Origin: Bacillota bacterium
GTDB lineage: Bacteria; Bacillota; Dethiobacteria; Dethiobacterales; Dethiobacteraceae
Assembly (NCBI GenBank): GCA_033549345.1
Contig: JAWSUT010000041.1
Location: 1 to 18,214, forward strand
Direction: 5' to 3'
DNA length: 18,214 bases
A program made the position numbers and the translations under genes. A model generated the notes under the pieces. The model was given only the letters and a program-made list of their open reading frames with translations. It did not search any database and was not told the DNA's origin. Each line of letters begins with the position of its first letter. Positions within the stretch are counted from its first letter, which is position 1. Below, piece by piece: positions 7,192-15,521 of this stretch.

Positions 7192-8634
7192 GTGATTCAC
7201 GTGGTGACACTGACTGAGCAGGGGCCCAACCGCTACTTGCTGCCCAAATCGGGCGCAATGCAGGTGGATGCCCTTATTTTTTTAAATTATAAACTGCGTG
7301 CACAGTTAGACGAAAACGGGGCTGAACTGCAGCAGCTGCGTGACGCTGCCACGCTGCCGGGGATATTTGGTCCTGTGGTGGGCATGCCGGACATCCACGC
7401 CGGGTTTGGCTTGCCTATTGGTGGCGTAATGGCTGCAAGAGCAGAGGGCGGTATTGTTTCCGCCGGTGCCGTTGGCATGGACATTAACTGTGGCGTCAGG
7501 TTGCTGTCCACCAAGATCTCTGCCGCAAAGCTGGACAAGCCTGTACTGCGTGCTTTAATGGCTGCTGTGGAGAAGCGCATTCCTGCGGGGATTGGCCGGG
7601 CGTCACGCCACCGCAAACTGTGCAGGGACGCTTTGCCGGATGTACTGGCCCGCGGAGCGCGCGGCCTTGTGGAGCACGGTTACGGCACAGCTGCCGATTT
7701 GGCGTGCACAGAAGAAGGTGGCTGCCTGGACGGCGCGGATATCCATGCTGTCTCCGACTGCGCTCTCAAACGGACATCCCAGCTTTCCACCCTCGGAGGC
7801 GGGAATCATTTTCTCGAATTTGGCTTTGTGGCTGAAACGTATGACAGTGAAACAGCAGAACAATTCGGCCTGCAAAAAGGCATGCTTACCGTATTGATTC
7901 ATACGGGAAGCAGAGGTTTCGGACACCAGATCTGTAAGGATTACACGGAGATTTTGTCTGTTGCCGCTAAAAAATACGGTATCCACCTTCTAGCCAAAGG
8001 CCTGGCCTGCTGCCCCACTGAATCCCCGGAAGGCCGTGCGTATCTGTCTGCCATGGCCTGTGCGGTTAATTTTGCCTTTGCCAACCGCCAACTGATTACC
8101 TATGATGTTCGGGAAGCTTTTGCTGAGGTGTTCGCAGACAGCGGAGAAGAATTTGGGCTGGATGTCGTCTACGACGTAGCCCATAATATAGCTAAATTTG
8201 AAACACATCACGGAGAAAACTTACTTGTACACCGTAAGGGTGCTACCAGGGCACTGCCTCCGGGCCATCCGCAAAACCCGGACCGCTTCTGTGGGAGTGG
8301 GCATCCTGTCATTATTCCCGGCAGTATGAATTCCCCGTCTTATGTTCTCACAGGTACCGAGGCGGTGCGGGAAACATTTTGTTCCGTTAATCACGGTGCA
8401 GGCCGTGTGATGTCCAGGTCTGCCGCCCGGAAAGCCATCAGCCGCGAGCAGTTCATGGCTTCGGTCGGCGAAGTACTGCTCAATACCCGGGATTATAAAC
8501 AGCTTCTCGATGAAGCGCCTCCCGCCTATAAAGATATCAACGATGTGGTGGACACACTGGCTGAAGTCGGCCTGACAAAAAAGATTGCCCGCCTTTGCCC
8601 GCTGGCGGTTATCAAAGGTGAAGGAGATGATTAA
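7192..8634 (+). CDS. rtcB: RNA-splicing ligase RtcB (3'-phosphate/5'-hydroxyl nucleic acid ligase)
   Basis: RtcB signatures: GMPDIHAGFG, MDINCGVR, and a GTP-histidine motif NHGAGR. The ORF track starts at GTG 7192. With AGGTGA at 7189-7194, the real start is more likely GTG 7201 or 7204. Confidence 0.9.
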   Translation: MIHVVTLTEQGPNRYLLPKSGAMQVDALIFLNYKLRAQLDENGAELQQLRDAATLPGIFGPVVGMPDIHAGFGLPIGGVMAARAEGGIVSAGAVGMDINCGVRLLSTKISAAKLDKPVLRALMAAVEKRIPAGIGRASRHRKLCRDALPDVLARGARGLVEHGYGTAADLACTEEGGCLDGADIHAVSDCALKRTSQLSTLGGGNHFLEFGFVAETYDSETAEQFGLQKGMLTVLIHTGSRGFGHQICKDYTEILSVAAKKYGIHLLAKGLACCPTESPEGRAYLSAMACAVNFAFANRQLITYDVREAFAEVFADSGEEFGLDVVYDVAHNIAKFETHHGENLLVHRKGATRALPPGHPQNPDRFCGSGHPVIIPGSMNSPSYVLTGTEAVRETFCSVNHGAGRVMSRSAARKAISREQFMASVGEVLLNTRDYKQLLDEAPPAYKDINDVVDTLAEVGLTKKIARLCPLAVIKGEGDD

Positions 8635-8636
8635 GC

Positions 8637-9302
8637 GTGATAAAAAAACTTGCGGCTGCCATTGACCATACCCTGCTGAAGGCCGATACCACGCGTGAGG
8701 AAATTACCGCACTCTGTGCGGAAGCGAAGGAACACCGGTTTGCAGCTGTTTGTGTCAACCCGTGGCATACAGCTCTGGCCTCCCGCACTCTGCAGGGAAC
8801 GGGAGTGGCTGTGGCGGTGGTGGCAGGTTTCCCGCTGGGGGCCAATACCACTGCAGCCAAAGTCTTTGAAGCGGGTGAAGCGGTTCAGAACGGAGCCACT
8901 GAGATTGACCTGGTTATTAATGTGGCGGCTCTCAAGGACGGGCTGGAGCGTTATGTCAGAGAAGAAATTTCCCGTGTCAAAGCAGCGACGGAAGGGACTC
9001 TCCTCAAAGTAATCATCGAAACCGGGCTGCTGAAGCACGAAGAAAAAGTAATAGCAGTTGAGCTGGCAGCTCAAGCCGGGGCAGATATGATTAAAACGTC
9101 CACAGGTTTTCACGGCGGTGCCACAACGGATGATGTCCGGCTGATCAAGGAGCTGGTTTCTCATTTAGGCATTAAGGCATCCGGAGGTATTCGCTCCGCA
9201 GCATTTGCGCTGGAATTGCTGACTGTCGGTGCGACCCGCATCGGAACAAGCAGCGCTGTGACAATTCTGCAGGAACTGCAAAACAAATCAGAGGAGGAAT
9301 AA
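8637..9302 (+). CDS. deoC: deoxyribose-phosphate aldolase
   Basis: DeoC translation (IDHTLLKADTT, CVNP, Schiff-base Lys region MIKTSTGF, SGGIR). GTG start 2 nt after the rtcB stop. Confidence 0.9.
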   Translation: MIKKLAAAIDHTLLKADTTREEITALCAEAKEHRFAAVCVNPWHTALASRTLQGTGVAVAVVAGFPLGANTTAAKVFEAGEAVQNGATEIDLVINVAALKDGLERYVREEISRVKAATEGTLLKVIIETGLLKHEEKVIAVELAAQAGADMIKTSTGFHGGATTDDVRLIKELVSHLGIKASGGIRSAAFALELLTVGATRIGTSSAVTILQELQNKSEEE

Positions 9303-9304
9303 AG

Positions 9305-9487
9305 ATGCCAACTATTTTTTTCTACGGACCAAAGCTGGAAAAGGACAAAAAGAAAGAACTGATTCAACGTTTCACTGAAGCCGCCAGCGAGGCAACCGGT
9401 ATACCCAAAGCAGGTTTTGTGGTGTATCTGCGGGAGGCTTCCAGGGAAGATGTGGGGGTCGGTGGTGAACTCCTATCGGAAAAATAA
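9305..9487 (+). CDS. 4-oxalocrotonate tautomerase-family protein (60 aa)
   Basis: Begins M-P (catalytic Pro1 after Met removal), has the family's typical beta-alpha-beta length, and ends GVGGELLSEK. Starts 2 nt after the deoC stop, with GGAGG 5 nt upstream. Confidence 0.8.
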   Translation: MPTIFFYGPKLEKDKKKELIQRFTEAASEATGIPKAGFVVYLREASREDVGVGGELLSEK

Positions 9488-9501
9488 AAGAAACGAACCA
9501 T

Positions 9502-9526
9502 GCCGCCCGGACGGGCGGCATTTTTG
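9502..9526 (+). terminator. rho-independent terminator ending the surE-rtcB-deoC operon
   Basis: GCCGCCC/GGGCGGC stem (9502-9508 / 9513-9519) with a 4-nt loop, followed by ATTTTTG. Confidence 0.7.
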
Positions 9527-9589
9527 CAGGAATTTGGTATTCTATCCCGAAATATCTAGCCTGGAAGAAAACCGGAAGGAGCAAATATC

Positions 9590-10756
9590 ATGGACTTTTC
9601 TTTTCTCTTTGATCTACCCACACGCATTGTTTTTGAAAACAGCATCCTGTCCAGGGCGGGGGAGGAAACAAAGAAACTTGCCTGTGGACACCGGACTTTG
9701 CTCGTTACTGATTCAGGGATTCTGCGCACTGGCATTGCTGATACCGTTCAATCGTCTCTGCAGCAGGCCGGTTTCGACTGTATGTTATTTGACAGGGTAG
9801 AACCCAATCCAAAAGACGTGGACTGCGAGGAAGGCGGCCGCGCGGCGCGTGATTTCAACGCCGACATGATTGTCGCCGTGGGCGGTGGTTCTGTGATTGA
9901 TTCCGCCAAAGCCATCGCGCTCCTGCACACACATAACGGAAAGCTGACGGCCTATGAGGGCAAAGGCAAGGTAGTCAATGAAGTAACACCCATTGTAGCC
10001 ATCCCTACCACAGCAGGGACCGGCTCGGAAGTGACCCGCTCAGCTGTAATTACCGATACACAAAGGAAATTCAAAATGACAATTAAGGATGTCAGGCTCG
10101 CTCCCCGCCTGGCCCTGGTGGATCCCGAAACCACTTATGCCCTTCCTGCGTCACTGACGGCAACCACAGGTATGGATGCGCTGGTTCATGCCATTGAAGC
10201 CTATACATGCCGGCTGGCCAATCCCTTTTCAGACGCGCTTGCTCTGGCGGCAATGGAGAGGATTTTCCCCTGGCTGCGTGCTGCCGTTAAAGACGGCAGC
10301 GACAAAGTAGCCCGCTCACAGCTGATGACAGGTTCTCTGCTGGCAGGTGTAGCTTTTTCCCATGCAGATGTGGCTGCAGTTCACTGCCTGGCCGAAGCAT
10401 TGGGCGGCATCTATGACATTCCCCACGGTGCCGGCAATTCTATGTTTCTCCCGGCCGTTACCGCCTATAATGCACAGGCCGATCCACAAAGGCACGCCCG
10501 GGTGGCAGCTGCCTGCGGACTGCCTGTGGGCGGGCTTTCGGATGTGGACGCTTCCAAGTTACTCGTCGATGCGTTGGAGAAACTATCAGCAGATATCAAT
10601 ATCCCTGACTTTGCCGGCTTTCCCGGGGTAAAAGAAGAAGATTTCCCCTTCCTTGCCGAAGCCGCGCAGAAGAACGGTTCCACACCAAGCAACTGCCGAG
10701 CCATTGGTCAGGAAAATTACCTGGGCATTTTAAAAGCGTGTTATTCACAGGGTTAA
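9590..10756 (+). CDS. iron-containing (group III) alcohol dehydrogenase
   Basis: GGGSVIDSAKAIA NAD-binding motif and Fe-ADH histidine cluster (HAIEAY..., HCLAEALGGIYDIPHGAGN). GGAAGGAG ribosome-binding site 8 nt upstream of the ATG. Confidence 0.9.
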   Translation: MDFSFLFDLPTRIVFENSILSRAGEETKKLACGHRTLLVTDSGILRTGIADTVQSSLQQAGFDCMLFDRVEPNPKDVDCEEGGRAARDFNADMIVAVGGGSVIDSAKAIALLHTHNGKLTAYEGKGKVVNEVTPIVAIPTTAGTGSEVTRSAVITDTQRKFKMTIKDVRLAPRLALVDPETTYALPASLTATTGMDALVHAIEAYTCRLANPFSDALALAAMERIFPWLRAAVKDGSDKVARSQLMTGSLLAGVAFSHADVAAVHCLAEALGGIYDIPHGAGNSMFLPAVTAYNAQADPQRHARVAAACGLPVGGLSDVDASKLLVDALEKLSADINIPDFAGFPGVKEEDFPFLAEAAQKNGSTPSNCRAIGQENYLGILKACYSQG

Positions 10757-10823
10757 TGAGCTGACGCAGGTTAAAACCGGGTTCTACTGCAGGCAGATTC
10801 GTCATAGAATAAAAGGAAACTGC

Positions 10824-11600
10824 TTGCTTTGGGAGTTGATCTGCTTGAGACAAGCCCCGGTAAAACCTGCAAAGAAGGAAAGGCCCTTTCCCGCACTGTT
10901 TGTTGGTTTTCTGCTGGTAATTTCACTTTTAGCCGCAGGGGCAACTCTGCTCCTTTCCGCACCGCGAGAGGATACGTCAGTTCCCAGCATGGAAGAAATG
11001 ATTTCGGCAAAGGCGGCAGTGATAGCAGAAACCAATCAGTATGACCTGACAATTGAAGAAAGCGGCCCCGGCTATACAATCCGCTTTGTCGGTCAGGTTT
11101 CCGACAGTAAGCTGTACGGTAAAATTGATGCCTATGATCTGGAGGTTTTTTCTGACAGGGAGAAATACTTTGTCAAAGGCGCCAGTGTATTTACCGATTG
11201 GGAAGAGGCGGGTAAAGCAGAACTGGACGCACTGTCTGTTCTTGTCCGCAATCCTATTGAGCTTTTGCAGGTTCTGACTTCAGGCGACCGCTTTCTTGTG
11301 GAGGAGGGACCGGACCGCCTGGTGGATGATGTAAACTGCCGGACATATTTTCTGGAGATTCCGCCACCGGATATTCAGATGGTGACGCGGTTTGAAGATG
11401 AGGACGCCACCCTTGACAAACTGCAGCTATATTTGTGGTTTAATGAAGATGGTAACTTTATGCACAGGATGGCCATGCTGCTGAATGTAACCGTCGAAGG
11501 CGAAAACATTCAGGTGAACCGCATCTACAGTCTCTCACCCCGCTCCAAGGAGCTGCCGGAAGACCTCCCGCAGGTGGATGAAGACGTGCTGGCAATTTAG
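10824..11600 (+). CDS. hypothetical membrane-anchored protein (single N-terminal transmembrane helix, acidic extracytoplasmic domain)
   Basis: Long ORF with a TTG start and AAAAGGAAA 4 nt upstream. The hydrophobic stretch FPALFVGFLLVISLLAAGATLLL is followed by a soluble domain. The first in-frame ATG is only at about 10989. Start uncertain, family not recognised. Confidence 0.5.
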   Translation: MLWELICLRQAPVKPAKKERPFPALFVGFLLVISLLAAGATLLLSAPREDTSVPSMEEMISAKAAVIAETNQYDLTIEESGPGYTIRFVGQVSDSKLYGKIDAYDLEVFSDREKYFVKGASVFTDWEEAGKAELDALSVLVRNPIELLQVLTSGDRFLVEEGPDRLVDDVNCRTYFLEIPPPDIQMVTRFEDEDATLDKLQLYLWFNEDGNFMHRMAMLLNVTVEGENIQVNRIYSLSPRSKELPEDLPQVDEDVLAI

Positions 11601-11618
11601 TCGATATTTATCTGTTTT

Positions 11619-11650
11619 GTGCACAGTTGTTACAGACTGTGCACTTTTTT
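11619..11650 (+). terminator. rho-independent terminator
   Basis: GTGCACAG/CTGTGCAC 8-bp stem with a 10-nt loop, followed by TTTTTT. Confidence 0.65.
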
Positions 11651-11797
11651 CGTGAACAGTGAGTTAAGAACAGTACTGAAACCGGGCAGAAAAATCACAA
11701 AAGGTAAATTTAAAGGAAAAGGTTTTTTTATGCAGAATATACATAAATTGAACTAAATGAGATTGCTTGTCGAAAATCCCATTATAATTTCAGGAAG

Positions 11798-12394
11798 GTG
11801 AATGGCACGATGACACAATGGTGGAACAGTTTGTCCGGTTTTGAAAGGATTTTTTGGTATTTCGCCATTCCTTTTACTCTCATCTTTGTTCTGAGGCTAC
11901 TAGCATCATTAACCGGTTTTGGCGATTCTGACGAAGATATGGATTCATTTGACGGCGGAGATATGGGCGAAGGTTCAAACTTTTTAGAGGATTTTCGCCT
12001 TTTCACTTTGCAGAACTTTATTATTTTTTTCACCGGATTTGGTTGGGCAGGAATTTATGGTGCCCACAGAAATTTTGGTCAGATTCTGACGATCCTGTTT
12101 GCGAGCGTTATCGGCGTTTTTCTGATGTTTACAGTGGCGGCGATGTTTTATTCCGTGAATAAGCTTGCCGAGAGCGGTAATATCAATCTAAACAATGCCG
12201 TCAATTCCACCGGCCGTGTATATATCCCCATCCCGGGACATAAAGCCAGCACAGGGCAGATACAAATAGCAATCCAGGGTTCACTGCGGGAAGTTCAGGC
12301 AATTACCGAGGGGAAAGCATTACCAACGGGAACATCAGTAAGAGTTATCGGGGTGGTCGACCACGACACCCTGTTGGTTGAAAAATACCGATAA
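11798..12394 (+). CDS. NfeD/YuaF-like membrane protein with C-terminal OB-fold domain (flotillin partner)
   Basis: N-terminal transmembrane helices, an acidic DSDEDMDSFDGGD segment, more transmembrane segments, then a beta-rich C-terminus (VRVIGVVDHDTLLVE). The gene sits immediately upstream of the flotillin gene. The ORF-track start GTG 11798 lies inside the GGAAGGTG Shine-Dalgarno, so the true start is probably ATG 11810. Confidence 0.75.
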   Translation: MNGTMTQWWNSLSGFERIFWYFAIPFTLIFVLRLLASLTGFGDSDEDMDSFDGGDMGEGSNFLEDFRLFTLQNFIIFFTGFGWAGIYGAHRNFGQILTILFASVIGVFLMFTVAAMFYSVNKLAESGNINLNNAVNSTGRVYIPIPGHKASTGQIQIAIQGSLREVQAITEGKALPTGTSVRVIGVVDHDTLLVEKYR

Positions 12395-12411
12395 TATAAG
12401 GGGGTTATGCA

Positions 12412-13845
12412 TTGTTTGCAGATTTTTCCGGTCTCTTGCTTGTCATCGTCATTATTGTTGTTATCTTTGGTACCTTTGCATCGATACTAAAACGGTACCG
12501 CAAATGCCCGTCGGACAAAATCCTGGTCGTCTACGGACGTACCGGTAAGGATAAAGAGGGGACGACCCGGTCCGCAAGGTGTATCCATGGCGGTGCCACG
12601 TTTATCTGGCCTGTCATTCAGGATTACCAGTACTTGGATTTAACGCCTTTCTCTATTGAAGTTAACCTGACCAAAGCACTGAGTAAGCAAAACATCCGTG
12701 TTGATATTCCTTCACGGTTCACAGTAGGTATTTCTACAGAGTCCGGCATTATGAACAATGCAGCCGAGCGCTTGCTGGGCCTCCGTCTGGAAGTAATTCA
12801 GGAACTGGCCAAAGATATTATCTTCGGTCAGCTTCGCCTGGTTATTGCCACAATGGACATTGAGGAAATTAACTCGGATCGCGATAAGTTTCTTGCTAAT
12901 GTTTCCTTCAACGTGGAAACGGAACTGAAAAAAATCGGCCTCAAGCTGATTAACGTAAACATTACCGATATCAAAGATGAGTCGGGCTACATTGAAGCTT
13001 TAGGTAAAGAAGCCGCTGCCAAAGCGATAAACGACGCAAAGAAAAGCGTGGCAGAGAAAGACCGTGACGGATCCATCGGCGAGGCAAACGCGAAGCGGGA
13101 TGAACGAATTCAGGTTTCCGGAGCCAATGCTACAGCTGTTGAGGGTGAAAACCTCGCTAAGATTACAGTTGCGAACTCACTGGCGGAGCTGCGCGAGAAA
13201 GAAGCTGAAGCGAACAGGAAGGCAATAGCTGCGGAAAAAGTCCAGGCAGCCAAAGCGTTGGAAGAGGCATATCTCTCTGAAGAAGAAGCTGAAGTTGCCC
13301 GTGCCAAACGGGAAAGGGCCACACAAACAGCAGATATTGTGATTCCTGCTGAAATTGAGAAAGAGAAAATACAGATTGCTGCCGAAGCTGAAGCTGAAAG
13401 AGTCAGAAGAATTGCCAAGGGAGAAGCCGACGGCGTTCTGCTGGCTATGGAAGCGCAGGCGAAAGGTGTTTATGAAATCCTGACCAAACAAGCTCTCGGT
13501 TTTGAACAGATTGTCAAAGCTGCCGGTGGTGAGGCAAATGAAGCTGTATTATTAATGATCGCCGATAAACTGCCTGAACTTGTCAAAACACAGGTCGAAG
13601 CAATCAAGAATCTAAAAATAGATAAAATCACTGTCTGGGACTCCATGGGCAACAGCGGGTCTTCACCCACCACTGCCAATTTCCTTTCCGGTATGTTTAA
13701 ATCCATTCCTCCGCTCGATGAACTCTTTAAAAATGCCGGTTTGCAGCTACCTAAGTACTTAGGTGAATCAACAGCACCGGCGGTAGAACACCAGGAAATT
13801 GTACCAGATCCGAACGAAAAACAGGAGGAACGGGCCAAAGAGTAA
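12412..13845 (+). CDS. flotillin-like protein (SPFH/Band-7 domain, FloT/YuaG type)
   Basis: N-terminal transmembrane helix, an SPFH domain, and a long Ala/Glu-rich coiled-coil flotillin region (AEAEAERVRRIAKGEADG...). TTG start with AAGGGGGT 6 nt upstream. Confidence 0.9.
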   Translation: MFADFSGLLLVIVIIVVIFGTFASILKRYRKCPSDKILVVYGRTGKDKEGTTRSARCIHGGATFIWPVIQDYQYLDLTPFSIEVNLTKALSKQNIRVDIPSRFTVGISTESGIMNNAAERLLGLRLEVIQELAKDIIFGQLRLVIATMDIEEINSDRDKFLANVSFNVETELKKIGLKLINVNITDIKDESGYIEALGKEAAAKAINDAKKSVAEKDRDGSIGEANAKRDERIQVSGANATAVEGENLAKITVANSLAELREKEAEANRKAIAAEKVQAAKALEEAYLSEEEAEVARAKRERATQTADIVIPAEIEKEKIQIAAEAEAERVRRIAKGEADGVLLAMEAQAKGVYEILTKQALGFEQIVKAAGGEANEAVLLMIADKLPELVKTQVEAIKNLKIDKITVWDSMGNSGSSPTTANFLSGMFKSIPPLDELFKNAGLQLPKYLGESTAPAVEHQEIVPDPNEKQEERAKE

Positions 13846-13855
13846 CTCATGAATT

Positions 13856-13903
13856 GAAAAAAGGTTTCTGTCTACGAACTTATAGACAGAAACCTTTTTT
13901 TTC
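13856..13903. terminator. strong bidirectional rho-independent terminator shared by the flotillin gene (+) and dat (-)
   Basis: Perfect 14-bp stem (AAGGTTTCTGTCTA / TAGACAGAAACCTT) with an 8-nt loop, an A-run on the left and a T-run on the right. The dat stop codon lies in the loop. Confidence 0.85.
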
Positions 13904-14755
13904 TGATGCACAGATATTTTGCAAACGCGCGAAACTTTCCCGGAGTGCAAAGACCACAGGGCCGGGCCTGCCGCTGCCCACCGCTTTCCTGTCTATTTCA
14001 ACGACCGGCAGAATGTCTATCCTTGTACTCGTAAGCATGACTTCATCAGCAGAGAGGAGCTCTTCTGTTGTCATAAAGCGCTCCCCGACCGGTATGCCCA
14101 GCTCACCTGCCAGTTTCAGTACGGTGTTTTTTGTGACTCCGGGCAGAATCCACGGGCCGGGAGGCGTGGTAAGCAGCACTCCGTCTTTCACCGCCAGGAC
14201 ACTGCTGCTGGTTGATTCGGTTACGCCAAGGTCACTGTGGAGGATAGCATCATAAACGCCATACGCTTTGGCTTTTTCCTTGGCCAAAACATTGGGCAGC
14301 AGATTGAGCGATTTTATATCGCAGCGCTTCCAGCGTTCATCCGGGAGCAGCACGGCATCAACGCCCTGTTCATAGAGTTCCGCGGGAACAGGCAGTATTT
14401 CCCTGGCCACAATGAAGAAATTGGGGCAGCAGTTCTCGGGAAAATAATGCATGCGCGGGCCGTCACCGCGTGTGAGCTGCAGGTAAATACCACCGTTCTC
14501 CATTGCCGTGTTAGAGATTAATTCTTCTATAATGCCAACAATTTCCACATTGTTATAGGGTACTTTAATTTCCAACTCCCCCGCACTGTAGCGGAGCCTG
14601 CTCAGATGCTCCTCAGCCTGAAAGATACGGCCCCGGTACACTCTAAAAAACTCGTAGACGCCATCGCCAAACAGTGTCCCCCGGTCCTCAATATTAAGAT
14701 AAGCGTTTTCTGCAGGCAGAAAACAGCCGTTTAGAAAAGCGTTTACTGTGCCCAT
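13880..14755 (-). CDS. dat: D-alanine (D-amino-acid) aminotransferase, PLP fold type IV
   Basis: Block-by-block similarity to Bacillus Dat: EDRGTLFGDGVYEF, QLTRGDGPRMHYFPEN, and ERWKRCDIKSLNLLPNVLAKEKA, which includes the catalytic Lys. Confidence 0.85.
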   Translation of the reverse strand: MGTVNAFLNGCFLPAENAYLNIEDRGTLFGDGVYEFFRVYRGRIFQAEEHLSRLRYSAGELEIKVPYNNVEIVGIIEELISNTAMENGGIYLQLTRGDGPRMHYFPENCCPNFFIVAREILPVPAELYEQGVDAVLLPDERWKRCDIKSLNLLPNVLAKEKAKAYGVYDAILHSDLGVTESTSSSVLAVKDGVLLTTPPGPWILPGVTKNTVLKLAGELGIPVGERFMTTEELLSADEVMLTSTRIDILPVVEIDRKAVGSGRPGPVVFALRESFARLQNICASEKKGFCL

Positions 14756-14907
14756 AATTGCCCGCCTTTCAAATCCGTTTATCTTTTATTCTATTCTGCT
14801 TTTTGCAAAACTTGCCCTGCAAAATATAAACAGTTTTCCCTGCTTTAAGTATTATTCCGTACATTTTTGCCATATTAGTTACCAGACGACAAAAACTGGG
14901 GGCGAAT

Positions 14908-15189
14908 ATGGCTGTTCTGATCTGGTTATTGGGTTTGGTGGATGTGCTCCTGACAAAATACGGACTCACCCTGGGAGTTATCCGGGAAGGAAACCCGGTT
15001 ATGGCCTGGCTTTTTGCGATACATCCCAACGTGGCCGTATTGTTTTCACTTCTTGTATCCGGAGTTTTGTTATGGTTTCTCACAACCCTGCAGGCGAAAA
15101 CTAACCTGGCCGTAAAAGCACTCTGGGGGCTTCTGATTGTCAGGATACTGGTTATCGTACTTCATGTGGGATGGCTTGTGAGAATATAG
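14908..15189 (+). CDS. small membrane protein (93 aa), resembles DUF5658-type proteins
   Basis: Three predicted transmembrane segments. The N-terminal pattern L-x-x-x-D-x-x-x-T-x-x-G-L-x-x-G-x-x-E-x-N-P was matched to the DUF5658 family from memory and has not been checked. GGGGG ribosome-binding site 6 nt upstream of the ATG. Confidence 0.55.
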   Translation: MAVLIWLLGLVDVLLTKYGLTLGVIREGNPVMAWLFAIHPNVAVLFSLLVSGVLLWFLTTLQAKTNLAVKALWGLLIVRILVIVLHVGWLVRI

Positions 15190-15263
15190 AAATCCTGAAG
15201 GATTTACTTCACAGGTGTCGAAACAGTAAAGTCGGATAAAGAAGGAAACAGGGGGGAACAGAG

Positions 15264-15461
15264 TTGTTTTACTACGTAGATTGTCCTGTATGTAAAAAAG
15301 ACCTGAGCGAATTTGTCTCACCGGAAAAATTCGAAGATGAAGAACCCGTATTCTGTATTCATTGCGAGACAAAACTCAGACTCCGGCTAACCGAGCAGGA
15401 AGATGAAGAAATGGGTGGCCTGTGCGGCATTTTCTGGTTTGAAAAATGGGACAAGGAATAG
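15264..15461 (+). CDS. small zinc-ribbon protein (65 aa; CPVC...CIHC)
   Basis: Two CxxC pairs 24 residues apart and an acidic tail. TTG start with a GGGGGGA ribosome-binding site. Family unknown. Confidence 0.5.
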   Translation: MFYYVDCPVCKKDLSEFVSPEKFEDEEPVFCIHCETKLRLRLTEQEDEEMGGLCGIFWFEKWDKE

Positions 15462-15480
15462 ATGCCGGCAAAACAATACA

Positions 15481-15519
15481 AAAAAGCATGCCAATTCGTA
15501 AGAATAAGCATGCTTTTTA
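15481..15519. terminator. candidate bidirectional terminator between the zinc-ribbon gene (+) and the coiled-coil gene (-)
   Basis: 8-bp stem AAGCATGC/GCATGCTT with a large 16-nt loop. It is flanked by AAAAAA on the left and TTTTT on the right. Confidence 0.5.
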
Positions 15520-15521
15520 AT

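Noticed and set aside
11677-11706. A sigma-W-type promoter (TGAAAC … CGTA) upstream of the NfeD-flotillin pair, as in B. subtilis yuaF-floT.
   Set aside because: TGAAAC is present at 11677-11682. The nearest GTA-like -10 is about 20 nt away rather than 16, and it is GGTA rather than CGTA.
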